Assembly: GCF_003233845.1 (NCBI RefSeq)
Contig: NZ_QKRB01000037.1
Location: forward strand, 83,464 to 107,463
Direction of reading: 5' to 3'
Length of the DNA: 24,000 bases
Source: Paenibacillus sambharensis
GTDB lineage: Bacteria > Bacillota > Bacilli > Paenibacillales > Paenibacillaceae
Each line of letters starts with the position of its first letter. The stretch's first letter is position 1. Shown here one piece after another: positions 7,984 through 15,272 of the stretch. Made by a program: the position numbers and the translations under genes. The notes beneath the pieces are model-generated. The model saw only the letters and a list, made by a program, of their open reading frames with translations. It searched no databases and was not told the origin of the DNA.

Positions 7984-9120
7984 ATGTCATTACTTACGAT
8001 CAGTCAATTGGTAAAGAGAAAAGGAAACACATTATTACTTCCTGAGATTAATCTTGAGATTGGAAGTGGTCAATGTGTTGTGATCCAATGTAACAACGAG
8101 TTAGGGAATTTACTTATCCAGCTGCTTCTCGGTGCCGTTCCTGCTTCAAGCGGACAAGTACTATTCGAGGCGGCTGAATTGCGGCATGAATTCAAACAAA
8201 AGGCACATAAAATAGGCATATCCCTCTTAAACGATGGAATCTATAATGGCTTAAAAGTGAAGGACTATCTTACTTTTTATAAAAATCTGTATGGGACAAC
8301 AGATACGATTGATATAGTCTTGCGAAGAATAGGGCTGCTCGATCATCGAAACAGCAGGCTCTCTGCGTTAAGCTTCTCTGAACAGAAACGTTTGCAGCTA
8401 GGAAGAGCCATTATACATAATCCTTCATTCCTTATATTAGAAGAACCTGAACAGAATGTAGATATTGAGAGCCATATCATTATTCGGGCATTAATCTCTG
8501 AGCTTCGTAATGAAGGAAAGGCCATTCTGATCACAACCTCCTATCTGGCTGATGCCATTTCTATTACCAATGAGGTATACAGATTAAATGAACACGAACT
8601 CAAAAAGATAGAAATTATCGACCAGCCTGAAACGGATAACCAGACTGACAACCAACTTGTTGCCGCTGCTATTGAACAGCCTGACGATGGTGATAATCAT
8701 CTGCTTGTAACCGATCAACAGATGCCACAATCTGAAGCTGCAATTCAGCCAGCTTCGCCGGTCCAAATTGAAACTCAACCCGTTCGTGTAGAAAAAATTC
8801 CTGCTAAGGTGGAGGATAAGATCATCTTATTCGACCCTACAGAAATCAATTTCATTGAAAGCAGCGATGGAGTCTCCATGCTGCATGTGAAGGGAGAAAC
8901 ATTCCCCTGCACGTTTACTTTAAACGAGCTCGAGCAAAAACTAAAAGCATTCGGCTTTTTCCGCTGCCATCGCTCCTACATCGTCAACTTACAGAAAGTA
9001 CGTGAAGTCATTACTTGGACACGAAACAGCTTCAGCCTTATTTTAGATGATAGCAAGAAAAGCTCGATACCACTTTCCAAAGGCAAGCTTGACGAGTTAA
9101 AGACCATATTAGGCATCTAA
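7984..9120 (+). CDS. Fusion protein: degenerate ABC-ATPase (NBD-like) domain, acidic/Q-rich linker, LytTR DNA-binding domain; 378 aa
   Basis: Tracked ORF, SD GAGGT. The N-terminal 205 aa or so align motif by motif with an ABC NBD, but the catalytic residues are replaced (see findings). The C-terminal 100 aa (8818-9117), KIILFDPTEINFIESSDGVSMLHVKGETF...FFRCHRSYIVNLQKVREV...IPLSKGKLDELK, is a clear LytTR domain. Confidence 0.85.
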   Translation: MSLLTISQLVKRKGNTLLLPEINLEIGSGQCVVIQCNNELGNLLIQLLLGAVPASSGQVLFEAAELRHEFKQKAHKIGISLLNDGIYNGLKVKDYLTFYKNLYGTTDTIDIVLRRIGLLDHRNSRLSALSFSEQKRLQLGRAIIHNPSFLILEEPEQNVDIESHIIIRALISELRNEGKAILITTSYLADAISITNEVYRLNEHELKKIEIIDQPETDNQTDNQLVAAAIEQPDDGDNHLLVTDQQMPQSEAAIQPASPVQIETQPVRVEKIPAKVEDKIILFDPTEINFIESSDGVSMLHVKGETFPCTFTLNELEQKLKAFGFFRCHRSYIVNLQKVREVITWTRNSFSLILDDSKKSSIPLSKGKLDELKTILGI

Positions 9121-9148
9121 AGCTCCAAATTGTCGTACAAAACGCTGT

Positions 9149-9211
9149 ATCATTCACCCTTAAAATTGCATCATTCAACCCTTTATTTACTCTGTTTATC
9201 CTTGAAATACT
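9149..9211 (+). promoter_or_regulatory. LytTR-box-like direct repeats plus an extended -10 box upstream of the ABC operon
   Basis: ATCATTCACCCTT (9149-9161) and ATCATTCAACCCTT (9170-9183) start 21 bp apart. TGaAATACT (9203-9211) is a possible extended -10 box 22 bp after repeat 2. No good -35 box is present, which fits an activator-dependent promoter. Confidence 0.5.
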
Positions 9212-9281
9212 GCGCGGTTACGGGATTTCCTTTAATGTTGGTGCTGCAAGACGAGAACAACATCTAAAGGAGCCAGACCAA

Positions 9282-10130
9282 ATGAAATATCAGATTGAAG
9301 TGAACCAATTAACGAAAGCATTTGCTAATAAGCCGGCTCTAAATGGAGTCAGCTTTCAGATTAAGCGTGGTGAAATTTTTGGGTTTCTTGGTCCAAGCGG
9401 TTCTGGTAAAACAACCATGGTAAAAATATTAACCGCTCAACTTTTACACACATCCGGTTCGGTTAAAGTGTTCGGAAACGACGTACGTAATCTGCAGAAT
9501 CCCGAACAAATGAAACGGATTGGTATTCTTACCGATAACAGCGGTTTGTACGATCGACTTACGATCTATGATAACTTAGAGCTGTTTTGCAAGTTATATA
9601 ATGTGGATGTGAAGCGCATTGAAGAAGTGCTCGAAGAGGTAAATCTCCTTCAAGATAAGAAAACAGCTGTAAAGCAGCTATCCAAAGGCATGAAGCAAAG
9701 AGTGACATTGGCACGGGCCATTTTACATAAGCCTGAGCTTCTGTTCCTGGACGAACCGACCTCAGCTCTTGACCCTACCAATAAACAGCAAATTCATACG
9801 GTCTTACGGAAACTGAATGAGGCGGGAACTACAATCTTTCTAAGCACTCATGACATGCAGGAAGCTGAGGATCTCTGCAATCAGGTTGCATTTCTTCATA
9901 ATGGAACAATTGTAGAGCTGGATACACCTCAAAGCCTGCGAGTGAAACACGGTGACTCAACCATTAATATTCGATTAAAGAACGGTACCTCTGTAACCGT
10001 AGGTCTGGATGAGGCCGGGTCTAACGCTATCAGAGATTATATGAATAATGGAGAGCTGCTTACGATTCATTCTAATGAACCAACTTTAGGGGATATATTC
10101 ATCAAACTAACTGGGAGGGCGCTCCAATGA
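9282..10130 (+). CDS. ABC transporter ATP-binding protein (canonical NBD, DrrA/CcmA-like), 282 aa
   Basis: Tracked ORF, SD AAAGGAG. Walker A GPSGSGKTT, signature LSKGMKQR, Walker B LLFLDEPTSALD, H-loop LSTHDM. Confidence 0.9.
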   Translation: MKYQIEVNQLTKAFANKPALNGVSFQIKRGEIFGFLGPSGSGKTTMVKILTAQLLHTSGSVKVFGNDVRNLQNPEQMKRIGILTDNSGLYDRLTIYDNLELFCKLYNVDVKRIEEVLEEVNLLQDKKTAVKQLSKGMKQRVTLARAILHKPELLFLDEPTSALDPTNKQQIHTVLRKLNEAGTTIFLSTHDMQEAEDLCNQVAFLHNGTIVELDTPQSLRVKHGDSTINIRLKNGTSVTVGLDEAGSNAIRDYMNNGELLTIHSNEPTLGDIFIKLTGRALQ

Positions 10131-10837
10131 CATTTTCGATGAGAAGAATACGAGCGATTATTACGAAGGATTGGAAAGACTTATTAAAAAACTCATACAT
10201 ATTAGTTTCCATACTCCTGCCATTAGGCTTTGCAGCCATGCTATCTCGTATGAGTACGGATGACAGCAGCATGCTGAGTATGCCGATTAACCTTGCATTA
10301 GTTATGACGGGCGCATTTGTTCAAGCATCGATGATGGCAGAAGAAAAAGAAAGAAGCACCTTGCGTGTCCTATTACTCTCTCCTGCTTCAACACTGGAAA
10401 TTATGATTGGCAAAAGCGTTTTATCTGCGATTATTACGTTAATTGTCGTCATTGGTTCTATCTTAATCAGCGGAATTAACATTCCCGAACTATTTTACTT
10501 TTCTATTATGATTTTATTATCACTGATCATATTCATATCGTTAGGAACCATTATTGGACTCATCTCACGTACGGTCATGGAAACCTCCATTGTAGGATTG
10601 CCTATTCTCATCATCTTTACCTATGGATCGATGTTAAGCTCTATGTTTAATAGCCCCATTATCGCAGAGAGTATTTCTTATTTACCTACAGAAAACTTCT
10701 CATCCGCACTTGTGAGTTTACAAGGCAGCGGCGGTTTTGCAGAAATTAAGTGGAATCTCCTAAATATGCTCCTATGGGCGATTGGCTCGGTAATCCTGGC
10801 CAAATTCATCTACGGAAAGCGTCGCTTAGACAAGTAA
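10127..10837 (+). CDS. ABC-2 type transporter permease, 236 aa
   Basis: Tracked ORF. The ATGA start/stop overlap with the ATPase gene and SD GGGAGGG indicate coupling. It has multiple hydrophobic helices and the ABC-2 motif EEKERSTLRVLLLSP. Confidence 0.8.
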   Translation: MTFSMRRIRAIITKDWKDLLKNSYILVSILLPLGFAAMLSRMSTDDSSMLSMPINLALVMTGAFVQASMMAEEKERSTLRVLLLSPASTLEIMIGKSVLSAIITLIVVIGSILISGINIPELFYFSIMILLSLIIFISLGTIIGLISRTVMETSIVGLPILIIFTYGSMLSSMFNSPIIAESISYLPTENFSSALVSLQGSGGFAEIKWNLLNMLLWAIGSVILAKFIYGKRRLDK

Positions 10838-10867
10838 CTATAAATAGTGGAATGCGAGGTAACACTT

Positions 10868-10960
10868 ATGAACTCTAAAACAACCAAATTTATTTTTCAA
10901 ATGTTAATGGCAGCTGTTATTACTATAGTTATTGTTACGGTTATCAAAAACTTCGCTTAA
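10868..10960 (+). CDS. Small hydrophobic single-TM peptide (30 aa), untracked sORF
   Basis: ATG at 10868 follows GCGAGGT (SD-like, about 7 nt upstream), 30 nt after the permease stop. The translation is MNSKTTKFIFQMLMAAVITIVIVTVIKNFA, with stop TAA at 10958-10960. The operon terminator follows, so the sORF lies inside the transcription unit. Confidence 0.4.
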   Translation: MNSKTTKFIFQMLMAAVITIVIVTVIKNFA

Positions 10961-10985
10961 TTACTTAAAGACAAGGAATGTAAAA

Positions 10986-11015
10986 AGCCCTTCGAGATTG
11001 AAGGGCTTTCTGATC
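10986..11015 (+). terminator. Rho-independent terminator of the ABC operon
   Basis: AGCCCTTC (10986-10993) pairs with GAAGGGCT (11000-11007) across a 6-nt loop and is followed by TTTCTGAT. Confidence 0.6.
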
Positions 11016-11029
11016 TAATAATTTCGCTC

Positions 11030-11104
11030 TATTTGTGTTGCGGCTCTCCGCGTTGTCTGTAACGGCAAGTTTTTAGGCCATCCTTTTGCTGGTTGGCCTT
11101 TCGT
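11030..11104 (+). repeat. Dispersed intergenic repeat, copy A (box plus hairpin)
   Basis: TATTTGTGTTGCGGCTCTCCGCGTTGTCTGTAACGGCAAGTTTTTAGG, followed by the hairpin AGGCCA...TGGCCT (11075-11099). Confidence 0.6.
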
Positions 11105-11322
11105 CATGACCAATTCGCGGGGGCTTTTCTTTCTGCAAGCACAAGGTCGTCTCCCTTATTCCATTTTCATTTCATTTGAAGATGTTAACGGATTTTTGAG
11201 GGCAGGGAGCAGGACGCCGGGGCGCCTCTACCGGACTGGAGCTTTATGGAAGGGTGCTGATGGGTTTGCCTCCGCAGCATCTCATGACATTAGCTGTCGC
11301 ATCAATGCTGCAGCAACCTACA

Positions 11323-11398
11323 AGCTTGTGATACGGTTATCCGCGCTGTCTGTAACGACAAGTTATAGGGCCATCCTTTGCGGGATGGCCCTTTCTTT
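11323..11398 (+). repeat. Dispersed intergenic repeat, copy B (box plus hairpin)
   Basis: AGCTTGTGATACGGTTATCCGCGCTGTCTGTAACGACAAGTTATAGGG is about 80% identical to copy A by hand alignment. It is followed by the hairpin GGGCCATCC/GGATGGCCC (11368-11391) and TTTCTTT. Confidence 0.6.
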
Positions 11399-11432
11399 GC
11401 ACGAATAACCGGAAAAAGCATTCACAGCGCGT

Positions 11433-12290
11433 CTATCTAGGTAAAGACTCTTTTAAAAAGTCTCTTAGCGTCAACGGTGGTCGCCCGATCAGGTCAGCTA
11501 GAGCGTTACTGGTTTGCACAAAGTCCCCGTTACGGCTGGCTTGGAATAAACCCAAGGTAATTGCAATGCGCACTTCCGGAAGACCTTGAGCAGTCAGATA
11601 CGCCCGATACGCTTCGTCCGTAACGACCTTTCGGTCGATAGGCCTGCCGACGATATCCGATACCATCGCCGCAACTCCCTCCATGTTAATCGCTTCAGAG
11701 GCCGTTAGATTCGGAGATGGACCATCCCAGTTCTTCTCAGTTAAGATCACTGCGGTTGCTTGGGCCAAATCCGAGTGCGTAGTCCAGGCAATCGGGCCGT
11801 CCTCAGGAGCAATCAACTCACCCGTTTTGACGGCATCACCTATTAACCCAACCAATGAGGAGGCGTAAAAACCGTTGCGAAGAGACGTGTGGCGCATACC
11901 CGACTCTTTAAGCAAATCCTCTGTCGCTGCATGGTGAACCATAGGCGGAAAATACGATGTCGAAGAAGAGCCCATATGACTCGTGTATAGAACCCGTCCG
12001 GCACCGGATTTCTTTACGGTGTCAATTGCGGTTTGGTGCTGACGGAACCCCGCATTTCCCAGAACGCCGGTTGAAACAAGGAGAACCTGCGACGCGCCTT
12101 CAAATGCATTCAGCAAGCCCTCCGCCTGGGCGAAATCGCCATGACGAACACGTACGCCGCGCTCCTTCAAATCCTGCGCCTGGCTCACATCCCGAACACT
12201 GATACCAATCTGCTCAGCCGGGATGAGCTTAAGCAGTTGCTCGACCACGCCCCTGCCTAACTTCCCATTCGCTCCAGTAACGATAATCAT
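11433..12290 (-). CDS. NmrA-family / atypical SDR NAD(P)-binding oxidoreductase (QOR2/YtfG-like), 285 aa
   Basis: Tracked ORF 11433..12395, trimmed to the ATG at 12290 (SD GGTGAGAGGAA). MIIVTGANGKLGRGVVEQLL is a Rossmann motif. The tracked extension is hydrophobic junk with no SD. Confidence 0.85.
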   Translation of the reverse strand: MIIVTGANGKLGRGVVEQLLKLIPAEQIGISVRDVSQAQDLKERGVRVRHGDFAQAEGLLNAFEGASQVLLVSTGVLGNAGFRQHQTAIDTVKKSGAGRVLYTSHMGSSSTSYFPPMVHHAATEDLLKESGMRHTSLRNGFYASSLVGLIGDAVKTGELIAPEDGPIAWTTHSDLAQATAVILTEKNWDGPSPNLTASEAINMEGVAAMVSDIVGRPIDRKVVTDEAYRAYLTAQGLPEVRIAITLGLFQASRNGDFVQTSNALADLIGRPPLTLRDFLKESLPR

Positions 12291-12415
12291 GTTCCTCTCA
12301 CCCTTTCTTCTTTGTAAGAAGTTTGCTAACAATACGGATTTGTGTAACCATATATCGCATAAGTAAAAGATAAGGGATAAGAGTCCGGTCAACAATCAGC
12401 AAAAGGCCGGTTTCG

Positions 12416-12432
12416 TTGTGTTCCCGACACAA
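12416..12432. promoter_or_regulatory. Small inverted repeat in the divergent TetR/NmrA gap, a possible operator
   Basis: TTGTGT (12416-12421), TCCCG, ACACAA (12427-12432). Confidence 0.3.
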
Positions 12433-12478
12433 TCGCCGTTTTGTTTGTTTTTGAGATCCGAAGAAAGTGTGGTGTGGC

Positions 12479-13078
12479 ATGCCGGTAAATCCAAGCGACC
12501 CCCGTGTAAAGAGAACCCGCCAGTTGTTTATTCAAGCCTTTAACGATCTGCTCGACGAAAAGAGAAACATCTATTCCATTTCTGTTCACGACATTGCGAA
12601 TCGAGCGACCGTCAACCGCGCAACCTTCTATGCCCATTTTGAAGACAAACTCGCTTTTCTCGCTTATTGGATGACGGAGAAATTTCAACTCATTCTCAAA
12701 AAAAGACTGCCGGATGATGCGGCCTTCAGTCAGGACAATCTGTATGTCCTAGTTCAGACCGTCTTTCAATTTCTAGTACGATTTCGACAGTATCTTACGC
12801 CGGGAGACAAGCAATTTGAGCCGTTGCTGGAGAACGCCATGCAAAAGGAATTGTATCGTCTCCTGCTCCAATGGCTAAAATCGGGGCCTGACCAGAGCGG
12901 CCAGCAAAAAAGGCTGGAAACTATGGCGCTTGTGGTCAGTTGGGGCATATTCGGGTCGGCCCTGCAGTGGAGCAGGGAGGTTCAAGCCAGCGCGCTGGAG
13001 TCGATGGTGGAAGAGGTTACCGAAGTTGTAACGGTTAATTTAGGCGCTTTTTGGGAGAAAGCAGCCGGAAAAGCTTGA
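12479..13078 (+). CDS. TetR/AcrR family transcriptional regulator, about 199 aa
   Basis: Tracked ORF 12467..13078. The likely ATG is at 12479. RTRQLFIQAFNDLL...ISVHDIANRATVNRATFYAHFEDK is a TetR HTH. Divergent from the NmrA-like gene. Confidence 0.8.
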   Translation: MPVNPSDPRVKRTRQLFIQAFNDLLDEKRNIYSISVHDIANRATVNRATFYAHFEDKLAFLAYWMTEKFQLILKKRLPDDAAFSQDNLYVLVQTVFQFLVRFRQYLTPGDKQFEPLLENAMQKELYRLLLQWLKSGPDQSGQQKRLETMALVVSWGIFGSALQWSREVQASALESMVEEVTEVVTVNLGAFWEKAAGKA

Positions 13079-13154
13079 ACGTGAAGGCCGTAATCTCCTG
13101 CTATTGCGGAGTCATACCTAGAAAGCCTAATTCGCTTCAGCACCTTCCGGTAAA

Positions 13155-13212
13155 AACTTGCCCATATTTGTGATACGGTTCTCCTTATCGCTTATAGAGC
13201 GAAATCAAAAGG
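13155..13212 (+). repeat. Dispersed intergenic repeat, copy D (left half conserved, right half diverged)
   Basis: AACTTGCC-CA-TATTTGTGATACGGTTCTCC... matches copies C, A and B over the first 20-30 nt. The remainder has diverged and runs into a terminator hairpin. Confidence 0.45.
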
Positions 13213-13238
13213 CACCCGCTAGGGTGCCTTGATTCATG
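13208..13238. terminator. Bidirectional terminator between convergent genes
   Basis: AAGGCACCC (13209-13217), GCTA, GGGTGCCTT (13222-13230). The minus transcript continues with TTTGATTT and the plus transcript with GATTCAT. Confidence 0.6.
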
Positions 13239-13264
13239 TCTAAAGAAGGCTGATCGCCTCCCTA

Positions 13265-14143
13265 TTAATCTCTTTGAGAAGATTCAAGCGGCTCTGAATG
13301 CCGGCTCCGATATTCGATCAACAGCCGCTGCATTTTCTCCTCTGTACCGTCTTGATGGGGAACATGGATGGAAACGGTCAAATTCGAATCGTTCGAATAC
13401 TGAAACGACACAAGGTCAAAATTCAATATCCCGAGATTCGGGCAATGCAGTGTCTTGGGAGCATCGATGGCACCGAGAACCTCATGGGAGTCCCAAAATT
13501 TCCGAAACTCCCCGCTGACCTGGGACAGCGCCTCGAACTGCTCGGACCACCAAGGGTCGTCGCCGTGACGCGCATACCCTGCATGGAAATGAGCGGCGAT
13601 CCGTCGCGCATGCAATTCCCATTGGTCTCCCTTGGCATAGCGAAAACGGGGAGAAGTAAACGTCATCCAGACAAAATTCCGTTCCCTATCCGACATCATC
13701 GCGAGGTCCCCATTCAATGCGCAGTAGGCTTCATTCCAAGCAATGATGTTCATTCGCGCATCCATGACATTTGAAGGGGACAAGGTTTGACTATCCAAAA
13801 AACGTTGAAGTTCCGGAGTTACCTGAGAGGGCTGCTTCGTATCGACCAAGGGAAATTGCTTACGGGCAAGATGGTATAGATGTCTTCGTTCCGATTCATC
13901 TAACCGAAGCCCTTCCGCTATTCGATCAAGTACATCGGCGGATACGTTGATATGACGCCCTTGTTCCAAGTAGGTGTACCAATCCAATCCTACATCTGCC
14001 AGCAGAGCCACCTCGCTGCGACGAAGTCCGGGTGTGCGTCTGCGTCCGGATTCCGGCAATCCTGCTTGCCTTGGGGTCATTCGTTCACGGCGTGAACGCA
14101 AGAATCGAGCTAATTCCTCATAACGGTCCAATCTGTTCGCCAT
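13265..14143 (-). CDS. XRE-type HTH regulator with an MmyB-like ligand-binding domain, about 292 aa
   Basis: Tracked ORF 13265..14152. The ATG at 14143 has better SD spacing (GGAGG plus 10 nt). LARFLRSRRERMTPRQAGLP...RRTPGLRRSEVALLADVGLDWYTYLEQGR...ERRHLYHLA is the MmyB-family pattern. Confidence 0.8.
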   Translation of the reverse strand: MANRLDRYEELARFLRSRRERMTPRQAGLPESGRRRTPGLRRSEVALLADVGLDWYTYLEQGRHINVSADVLDRIAEGLRLDESERRHLYHLARKQFPLVDTKQPSQVTPELQRFLDSQTLSPSNVMDARMNIIAWNEAYCALNGDLAMMSDRERNFVWMTFTSPRFRYAKGDQWELHARRIAAHFHAGYARHGDDPWWSEQFEALSQVSGEFRKFWDSHEVLGAIDAPKTLHCPNLGILNFDLVSFQYSNDSNLTVSIHVPHQDGTEEKMQRLLIEYRSRHSEPLESSQRD

Positions 14144-14334
14144 GATCGCCATGCCTCCTATCCATACATGAACGTGGGATTCCCAATCCTACGATATCCA
14201 GATCTCTCCCTAACCTTGGTAGGCCCATGTACACTAGTCTATGTCCTCCTTAGGGAGAATAGCAAGAATAAATGAGGCAGATCGGTTGAACATGTTTAAT
14301 TCCATTTCAAAAAAAATCTATTGAGGTGATCTAA

Positions 14335-14904
14335 GTGAAAGTAGCTGCAATTGTCGGGAGCATTCGTAAAGATTCGTACAACTTGAAGTTAGCCCATTTT
14401 ATTCAGAACCGTTATAAGCACCATTTTCAGTTGGATGTGCTGAACATTCGGGAGCTCCCTTTCTACGATCAGGATATCGAGACGACTCCGCCGCAGCCGG
14501 TTATCGATTTTAAAGCGAAGGTCTCTGCTGCCGACGCGGTGTTGTGGATCACTCCGGAATATAATTCGACGATTCCCGGCGTAATGGCCAATGCGATTGA
14601 CTGGTTATCCCGCGTGGATCGAGTCATGATCGGGAAGCCCTCATGGATCGCGGGCTCCTCCATGGGGTTGTTGGGATCGGTTAAAGCGCAGGGCCATCTG
14701 CGAGACATTCTGTTCTCGTCCGGCATCTCCTCGCCGCTGCTGCCTGGAAATGAAGTGTACATCGGCCTGGTTCATGAGAAGATTAATGAAAAGGGCGAAC
14801 TGACGGACGAACCTACCATTAAGTACCTTGATCTCGTAGTCGACAATTTCGTGAAATGGATGGAAGAAACTTTCCATATAAAACAGCTGAAAAATCAAAT
14901 ATAA
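14335..14904 (+). CDS. NADPH-dependent FMN reductase family oxidoreductase, 189 aa
   Basis: Tracked ORF with a GTG start after GAGGTGA. MKVAAIVGSIRKDSYNLKLA...AVLWITPEYNSTIPGVMANAIDWLSR is the flavodoxin-like FMN reductase signature. Confidence 0.85.
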   Translation: MKVAAIVGSIRKDSYNLKLAHFIQNRYKHHFQLDVLNIRELPFYDQDIETTPPQPVIDFKAKVSAADAVLWITPEYNSTIPGVMANAIDWLSRVDRVMIGKPSWIAGSSMGLLGSVKAQGHLRDILFSSGISSPLLPGNEVYIGLVHEKINEKGELTDEPTIKYLDLVVDNFVKWMEETFHIKQLKNQI

Positions 14905-14927
14905 GCGGGAACTTGGGAGGGAGAAAG

Positions 14928-15230
14928 ATGTTTGAACATATTGTGCTTTTGAAGTTCAAGTCCAATGTTTCCAATATAGAGAAAGAAGATGCGGTAAAAC
15001 GCGCGCATAACCTTAAAGGGAACATTCCGGGTATCGTAGATCTTAGCGCCGGTATTAACGTTACGGAGGAAATAGAGCACATGCAGGGCTTTACGCTGGG
15101 GATCCGTGTCACATTTGAGGATCAACAGGCTTGCCGGGAATATATTCAGCACCCCTTGCATCAAGGATTATTGCAATCTATTGGCCCATTAGTTGAAGGG
15201 ATCGTCGTTATGGATTACACGGTTGCTTAA
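14928..15230 (+). CDS. Dabb (stress-responsive alpha/beta-barrel) domain protein, 100 aa
   Basis: Tracked ORF 14856..15230, trimmed to the ATG at 14928 after GGGAGGGAG. MFEHIVLLKFK...IPGIVDLSAGINVT...YIQHPLHQ is Dabb-like. Confidence 0.8.
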   Translation: MFEHIVLLKFKSNVSNIEKEDAVKRAHNLKGNIPGIVDLSAGINVTEEIEHMQGFTLGIRVTFEDQQACREYIQHPLHQGLLQSIGPLVEGIVVMDYTVA

Positions 15231-15272
15231 CGCGCCCCCCAATAAATATTGTAGAGAAAGGAGATAGCAGAA

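Noticed and set aside
11106-11408. 100-aa plus-strand ORF between repeat copies A and B
   Set aside because: It has no SD, it reads through repeat copy B and its hairpin, and the composition is not protein-like. The segment is kept only as an unexplained non-coding stretch.
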